Positions 42,217 to 47,379 of a stretch of 47,379 nt of DNA are shown one piece after another. Each line of letters opens with the position of its first letter. Position 1 is the first letter of the stretch. Position numbers and translations under genes: made by a program. A model generated the notes under the pieces. That model was not told the DNA's origin and did not search any database. It was given only the letters and a program-made list of their open reading frames with translations. Origin of the DNA: a virus (Duplodnaviria > Caudoviricetes); IMG/VR virus record IMGVR_UViG_3300048579_000158, positions 1 through 47,379 of that record; one strand, 5' to 3'.

Positions 42217-44106
42217 ATGTCCAATTCGACCCTGGAAACCACTCTCGTCCCCTACTCGAAGCTCGTCCCGAGCAAGCTCAATGCGCGCAAATCCGGAGGA
42301 GACGACGGCATCGACGAACTCGCCGCGCTCATCCGCGCGAAGGGCCTGATCCAGCCGCTCGTCGTCCGTCCCTCGAAGCGCAACGACAAGCTCGAGATCA
42401 TCGCGGGCGCGCGCCGTCACAAGGCCATCGGCCGATTGATAAAGATGGGCGACTGGCCGAAGGAGCAGGACATTCCCGTCATCGTCAGGCTGGAAACGGA
42501 TTCGGAGGCCAGGGAGACGTCTGCGATCGAGAACATCGGGCGCTCTCCAATGCATCCCGTGGATGAGTTCGAGCATTTTGCGCAGCTCGCCGCCGAGGGC
42601 CATTCCAACGCAGCTATTGCCCAGCGCTACGGTATCCAAGAACGGCGCGTTCGCCAGCGCCTGGCGCTTGGCACGCTAGCGCCAGAGATCCGCCAGGCAT
42701 GGCGCGAGGCGAAAATCGACGCCGCCGCCGCTCAAGCCTTTACGCTGACCACCGACACCAAGGAGCAAGGACGTCTGCTCGAGCGGCTCCAGGAGGGACT
42801 TGGTCGTGTCGATCAATACTCTGTGCGCCGGGAGCTGACCCAGGGCCGCATCAAAACCAACGACGGGAGGTTCCAATTGGTCGGCCGCGAGGCCTACGAG
42901 GCGGCCGGCGGCGAGATCACGGAAGACCTGTTCGCCGCGCACAGCTACATCAACCATCCACAGCTTCTCGATCAGCTCGTCGAGCGGCACCTGGCGGAGG
43001 CGTGCGAGCACCTGATCTCCGAAGGATGGGGCTGGGCAGAGGTCAGCGACAAGCTGCCTCGCGATTGGCAGGGCTGGAGCCGCCTGCGCGAACCTCAACC
43101 CGACCTGACAACCGCGGAGTCGAAACGCCTCGACGAGATCGAGGCCCGCATCAAGGCCATTGAAGATCCTGACCGGGAGGATCTGACCACAGCGGAAGAG
43201 GACGAGGAGGTCGAGCGGCTCCAGCAGGAGCTGCAGGAGATCGAGAACCGCGGGCTTGAGCGTGCCTACACGGTCAAGGACAAGAAGCGCGCCGGATGCG
43301 TCGTCTCTCTCGACTACGGCAACAAGCTGGAGATCACCTTCGGCGTAAAGCGCCCCGCGACCAAGGGGGACGACGAGGCCGACGAGCAGGTCGATCTCGA
43401 AGACAGCATCGCAAAAGCTGGAAAGCACGTGGAAGCGGAGCCCAAGGGCCCGTTCGATTTGTCGGCGCCTGTGCTGGAAGCCGTGTCCAGAGCACGGACA
43501 GCGGCGGCGGCCAAGGTGTTGGAGAATGAGCTCGACCTGGCATTGAGGTTCGTCGTCGCCGCGCTCGGTGCCCACAGTCCGAAGCCCGTCGACATTTCCG
43601 CGGGCGCTCAGGGCCACGGCCGGTCGCAGCTTTGCGACGGCGATTGGAAAAAGCGTCTCGCCCGCGCGACGAAGCTCGATCGAGAGACGCTTCTGGGCGA
43701 GCTGGCGCGGCTGGTGTCACTGTCGCTCGATCTCGTGGAGCAGCGCCGCCCAAGCTACATGGAGCAATCCGCCGGCGATGCCGGCGTGGTCGCGCTGCTC
43801 CCCGGCGCCGAATACCTCGAGGCCGCGCGCGCCGAATTTGCGGCCAGCGATTATTTCGCGCGCTGCTCCCGCCCGACCAGCGATGCCGCGCTGAAGGAGA
43901 TGCAGGACGCCGGCGTGCTGAACGACGGGGACCTCCCAGCGCCAGGCGCCCGCAAAGCCGATGCGGCGGCAGTCGCAGCCGAACAGGCCGCCGCCCACGG
44001 CTGGCTCCCTCCGGAGATGCGCCATCCCGACTACGCGATCGGCGCCGTGAAGCCCAAGGCCAAAGCCAAGCGTGGCGCCCGCGTGCACGAGGCCGAGCAT
44101 GCCTAG
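42217..44106 (+). CDS. ParB/Spo0J-family protein with long C-terminal region
   Basis: GLIQPLVV, IIAGARR, EN..R..MHPVDE, HTH. Confidence 0.9.
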   Translation: MSNSTLETTLVPYSKLVPSKLNARKSGGDDGIDELAALIRAKGLIQPLVVRPSKRNDKLEIIAGARRHKAIGRLIKMGDWPKEQDIPVIVRLETDSEARETSAIENIGRSPMHPVDEFEHFAQLAAEGHSNAAIAQRYGIQERRVRQRLALGTLAPEIRQAWREAKIDAAAAQAFTLTTDTKEQGRLLERLQEGLGRVDQYSVRRELTQGRIKTNDGRFQLVGREAYEAAGGEITEDLFAAHSYINHPQLLDQLVERHLAEACEHLISEGWGWAEVSDKLPRDWQGWSRLREPQPDLTTAESKRLDEIEARIKAIEDPDREDLTTAEEDEEVERLQQELQEIENRGLERAYTVKDKKRAGCVVSLDYGNKLEITFGVKRPATKGDDEADEQVDLEDSIAKAGKHVEAEPKGPFDLSAPVLEAVSRARTAAAAKVLENELDLALRFVVAALGAHSPKPVDISAGAQGHGRSQLCDGDWKKRLARATKLDRETLLGELARLVSLSLDLVEQRRPSYMEQSAGDAGVVALLPGAEYLEAARAEFAASDYFARCSRPTSDAALKEMQDAGVLNDGDLPAPGARKADAAAVAAEQAAAHGWLPPEMRHPDYAIGAVKPKAKAKRGARVHEAEHA

Positions 44107-44371
44107 CGCCGAACGAGCGGTTCCACTCGACAACCTGCCGCACGCCGCGAAGGAGACCTACGGCTGCGTCTGCCGGGCCTGCAACAAGCTCTGGGACTGT
44201 TTCCAAGTGCCGTGCCCGATCGAGGTCTCCATCCTCGCCATGAACGCGAACAGAACCTGCCCGTTTTGCAGCTCTCCAGACGTCGGTCTGATCATGCCGA
44301 GTCACTACGAGGAAATGAAAGCTGAGGCCCGTGCGCGTACCGAGACCGAGAGGAACCAAGACCGTGACTGA
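44099..44371 (+). CDS. Zn-ribbon protein
   Basis: CRAC...CPFC. Confidence 0.7.
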   Translation: MPSAERAVPLDNLPHAAKETYGCVCRACNKLWDCFQVPCPIEVSILAMNANRTCPFCSSPDVGLIMPSHYEEMKAEARARTETERNQDRD

Positions 44372-44735
44372 GGACCGCGCATTTGCGCTTGTGAAGGCCA
44401 TCAACAGTTTCGGCCTTGCGACGATCGGCATCGGGAAGCCGGACGTCGCAACGCTCCGCGAGGTATCGCTTTCCGAGATGATGGAGGCGGTCGCGTTCGT
44501 TCGTCTGGACGACGACACGCGCCCGCGAGAGGCGGACGGCACGCGCCGGAGCCACATCGTCCCCGACGACCGTCTCGTCTCCGCTGTGTACACATTGCTG
44601 CATTTCCACGCGCGCGACCCCCTAGACGACGATGACCTCGTCGTCGGGTTCGTGGACGAGATCGGCGCGCACATGCTGGTGGTCGGTGTCCGGGATCCCA
44701 GCGCCATCGCGGCGGAAGCCGAGGAGGCAGCGTGA
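44364..44735 (+). CDS. Hypothetical protein
   Basis: GAGGA RBS with GTG start. Confidence 0.65.
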   Translation: MTEDRAFALVKAINSFGLATIGIGKPDVATLREVSLSEMMEAVAFVRLDDDTRPREADGTRRSHIVPDDRLVSAVYTLLHFHARDPLDDDDLVVGFVDEIGAHMLVVGVRDPSAIAAEAEEAA

Positions 44736-45226
44736 TGATCTCAGCCGTCCAAGCACTGACCATTCTCACTGATTCAGCCGCCCAGGTTGATCGCGCGCGT
44801 CCGGCAGACGCGCGGAACGGACCCGCCTGGGACGGCCCGGGCGAGACGTGGTGGGAGACGTTCGCGGAAACCGTCGAAGCGCAGATCCAGGTCCAGGAAG
44901 AAGCTGCGACTCGTGCGCTGCCCGACATTGGCGGGCAGGTCGCAAACCGCTACCAGCTTTCGCAATCCAGCCTGCACTCCGGACACGATCCATCAGATCC
45001 TCGCGTCTCGATGATCGAAGAAATGGCCATCGATAGCTGCGCATCGTGCGCTGAGGGGCGGCTTCGCTGGCGCGACCGGCAAAGCGGCGAGTTCGTGCAC
45101 CCCGATGATTTCGGGTGCGAAGCGGACTCGTGCGAGGCCCACAACTTGCTGCGCATCGCAGTCGATCATGGCGTGCCGATCTATACCGGAGCGGACCTCG
45201 AGTTTCCGGAGGACGACGATGCCTGA
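44732..45226 (+). CDS. Hypothetical protein with Cys/His cluster
   Basis: CASC..H..C; coupled. Confidence 0.6.
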   Translation: MMISAVQALTILTDSAAQVDRARPADARNGPAWDGPGETWWETFAETVEAQIQVQEEAATRALPDIGGQVANRYQLSQSSLHSGHDPSDPRVSMIEEMAIDSCASCAEGRLRWRDRQSGEFVHPDDFGCEADSCEAHNLLRIAVDHGVPIYTGADLEFPEDDDA

Positions 45227-45890
45227 GGATCGCGAGGGCCAGGAATTCTATCTCGTAAGCCCGAAGCACACCCTTCGCGCGCACCCCTTCGTGACGCTCT
45301 GGCGCGCGGACAACAGCGGGTATTGCTGGCCGTTACCCTGGGCCGGCCGCTACACGGCGGCGCAGATCGCGGAAGCGCCGGGATACTACAACAATGGCGA
45401 CGACACCTTCCCTGTGCCGGTCGCTGCCGTGGAGGCGCTGGCCAAGCCGCCCGCGCCTGGCGTGATCTCCGGAGATGCCGGTCCGGCGGTTCCCAATTCG
45501 AAAGCCGCCTGGGCTGCTCTCCGGGCAGCACGATGCCGCATCGGGCTCTCCGAGCAGCGCCCCCAGCGCGTCACCCTCTCCCGCGCCAAGGGCTGGCGCA
45601 TGCCGCCGAACACGGTGCGCGTCGACCGCTCCTCAAATTTCGGCAATCCATTTCGCTCGGACCGCCCGACTGAGGCTGTCTTCAAGGCGGGCGCCCAGAC
45701 AGCGGCCGATGCCTTTCGCCTCTGGCTCGAGCAACATCCGGCCCTCGCGAACGAATTGCCTTCCCGTCGCGCGGTGATCCTTGCCAGCCTCAGCGAGCTT
45801 CGCGGCAAGAACCTCGCCTGCTGGTGCAAGCCCGGCGAGCCCTGCCACGCCGACGTGCTGCTCGATCTGGCCAACCGGGAGGAGGGCTAG
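45219..45890 (+). CDS. Two-domain protein with C-terminal DUF4326-like domain
   Basis: VDR.S.FGNPF...LRGKNLACWC....CHADVL. Confidence 0.8.
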   Translation: MPEDREGQEFYLVSPKHTLRAHPFVTLWRADNSGYCWPLPWAGRYTAAQIAEAPGYYNNGDDTFPVPVAAVEALAKPPAPGVISGDAGPAVPNSKAAWAALRAARCRIGLSEQRPQRVTLSRAKGWRMPPNTVRVDRSSNFGNPFRSDRPTEAVFKAGAQTAADAFRLWLEQHPALANELPSRRAVILASLSELRGKNLACWCKPGEPCHADVLLDLANREEG

Positions 45891-45892
45891 TT

Positions 45893-46267
45893 ATGGCAGA
45901 CACTGGCGACGAGCCAGACTATCCGCTGGCTGAGTTAGCCGTCCGGCATGGCTATACGCTGGCCATGTTACGCACAGAGCATCGCAAGGGCAGGTTGCAG
46001 GTGCTTCGCATCGCGGGCAAGCTGCGTGCCACAGACTCAGCAATCCGGGATATGCGCCGCAGATGCCAAGAGCAGCTAAGCCCCCACGGCTCCACCTCCG
46101 AACGCGCCCCGGTCGAGGCTCCTATTGGGTCATTCTCGACCGCGGACGCGAATTTGGCACGGGATGCAGCGTTGCAGACCGCGAGGGCGCTGAGCGGGCG
46201 TTCGCAGAGCACCTCACGGAAAAGTACGCGCCGCCGCGCACAGGTGGTGCAATTGCCGACACGCTAA
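45893..46267 (+). CDS. Excisionase-like protein
   Basis: Short HTH (LRTEHRKGRL...RIAGK) overlapping the integrase start. Confidence 0.7.
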   Translation: MADTGDEPDYPLAELAVRHGYTLAMLRTEHRKGRLQVLRIAGKLRATDSAIRDMRRRCQEQLSPHGSTSERAPVEAPIGSFSTADANLARDAALQTARALSGRSQSTSRKSTRRRAQVVQLPTR

Positions 46268-47238
46268 TCGCCGATGTGATGCGGCTCTACCTCACGGAGC
46301 AGGGTCCGCAGACTGCCGACAAGGGCGCGTGGGTCGGTTTCATGAGTACGCCGATCATCGAGTGGTGGAGCAGCGAGGACCGCAGGTCGCTCGCTGATGT
46401 CAATAAGTCCACCTGCCAGCAATACGTGACTTGGCGCACGTCGCAGCGGGTTTCTGACCAGACCGCCCGCCACGAGTTGAAGACGTTACGGGCCGCGATC
46501 AATCACTACCACGCGAGCAGCTACGGCCCTCTCAAGAGCGTGCCAGTCGTGACTTTGCCCCAAGCAAAGCCTGCCCGCCAAGACTATTGGCTCACGCGCA
46601 AAATGGTAGCCGACCGCATCCGCGCCGCGCGCCGTCTGAAACAAGCGAAGCACGTGATCCGTCTGATCTTGATAGGCGTCTATACTGGGACCCGCCCGGG
46701 CGCAGCAATGAACCTCGGTTGGCTGCCCTCGCCCACCGGCGGATGGTTTGATCTCGACTCGCAAACACTGCATCGGACGGGCACCACGTCGAGGCGCAGC
46801 AAGAAGCGCCAGCCGCCAGCACGCATCCACGCGCGGCTGCTCCCGTGGCTCCGGCGGTGGCGCAAAGCGGACCTTGAGAAGAAAATCACGCGGGTCATCC
46901 ACTACTACGGCAAGCCGATCAAAAAACTACGCCGATCGTGGGTGAGCGTTGCGATAGAGGCCGGCCACGCACGTTGGGTGCCAGAAGAGAAGATCTGGGT
47001 TGTTGAGGACGGCCCGCACATTTGCAGGCACACGGCGGCGACGTGGCTCATGCAGTCAGCCGTCGATCAGTTTGAGGCCGCCGGCTACCTCGGCATGAGC
47101 CCCGACACGCTATGGGAGACCTACGGTCACCACAGCCCGCACTTTCAAGACCACGCCTCGAAAGCGGTCGGAAAGCGGCTGGTCGCCTTGCCTATCCTGG
47201 ACGTAAACCTGGACAACAAGAGAACAGCGTCTAGCTAA
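46063..47238 (+). CDS. int: Tyrosine integrase
   Basis: YTGTR, HICRHT, LGM, YGHH; adjacent to tRNA. Confidence 0.95.
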   Translation: MPRAAKPPRLHLRTRPGRGSYWVILDRGREFGTGCSVADREGAERAFAEHLTEKYAPPRTGGAIADTLIADVMRLYLTEQGPQTADKGAWVGFMSTPIIEWWSSEDRRSLADVNKSTCQQYVTWRTSQRVSDQTARHELKTLRAAINHYHASSYGPLKSVPVVTLPQAKPARQDYWLTRKMVADRIRAARRLKQAKHVIRLILIGVYTGTRPGAAMNLGWLPSPTGGWFDLDSQTLHRTGTTSRRSKKRQPPARIHARLLPWLRRWRKADLEKKITRVIHYYGKPIKKLRRSWVSVAIEAGHARWVPEEKIWVVEDGPHICRHTAATWLMQSAVDQFEAAGYLGMSPDTLWETYGHHSPHFQDHASKAVGKRLVALPILDVNLDNKRTASS

Positions 47239-47252
47239 CATATTGAAGTAAC

Positions 47253-47329
47253 TGGTCGGGGCAGCGGGATTCGAACTCGCGACTTCTTGCTCCCAAAGCA
47301 AGCGCTCTACCAGGCTGAGCTATGCCCCG
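47253..47329 (-). tRNA. tRNA-Pro(TGG); prophage attachment site
   Basis: 77-nt cloverleaf CGGGGCA...TTTGGGA...TGCCCCGACCA; 3' end 14 bp from the integrase stop. Confidence 0.96.
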
Positions 47330-47379
47330 ACGAATTTTGTTGCCCGTTTCTACGGGCATTTGCGCGTTGCGGTCAACGC

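Larger units (their letters stand above)
1..47275. mobile_element. Temperate prophage (lambdoid organisation, HK97-like head), truncated at the left window edge
   Basis: Portal, capsid, terminase, replication, CI/Cro, xis and int genes in canonical order. The integrase abuts a tRNA 3' end. Confidence 0.96.

Noticed and set aside
1-47379. Diversity-generating retroelement, retron or group I/II intron
   Set aside because: No reverse transcriptase motifs, TR/VR pair or interrupted gene seen.

Overview
Most of a GC-rich, lambdoid/HK97-type temperate prophage of an alphaproteobacterium (GapR-like gene, GAAC-N7-GAAC LexA box). It is integrated at a tRNA-Pro(TGG) at the right edge. From right to left: tyrosine integrase and excisionase; an early + strand arm of small genes with ParB-like, XRE and MazG-like products; a CI/Cro switch with clear operators; a phage initiator-type tRNA-Met flanked by structured RNAs; a replication initiator with six internal iterons; a long - strand arm (Gp37/68, DnaA-C HTH, two DNA methyltransferases, GapR-like, HerA-like ATPase, ASCH, Ntn/HslV-like protein, HNH, RtcB RNA ligase); an SOS cassette (Zn-finger/SRAP, minimal ATP-dependent ligase); an oppositely oriented accessory operon at 9.7-13.3 kb; and the head module (HNH, terminases, fused protease-capsid, a glycosyltransferase, portal). 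The most notable signal is a complete type II hammerhead ribozyme fold (10121-10194) in the leader of the repressor-controlled accessory operon, whose genes are separated by repeated hairpins. The same prophage encodes RtcB, which joins the end types such a ribozyme produces, and a variant initiator tRNA. All protein calls come from motif recognition by eye. No database searches were run.
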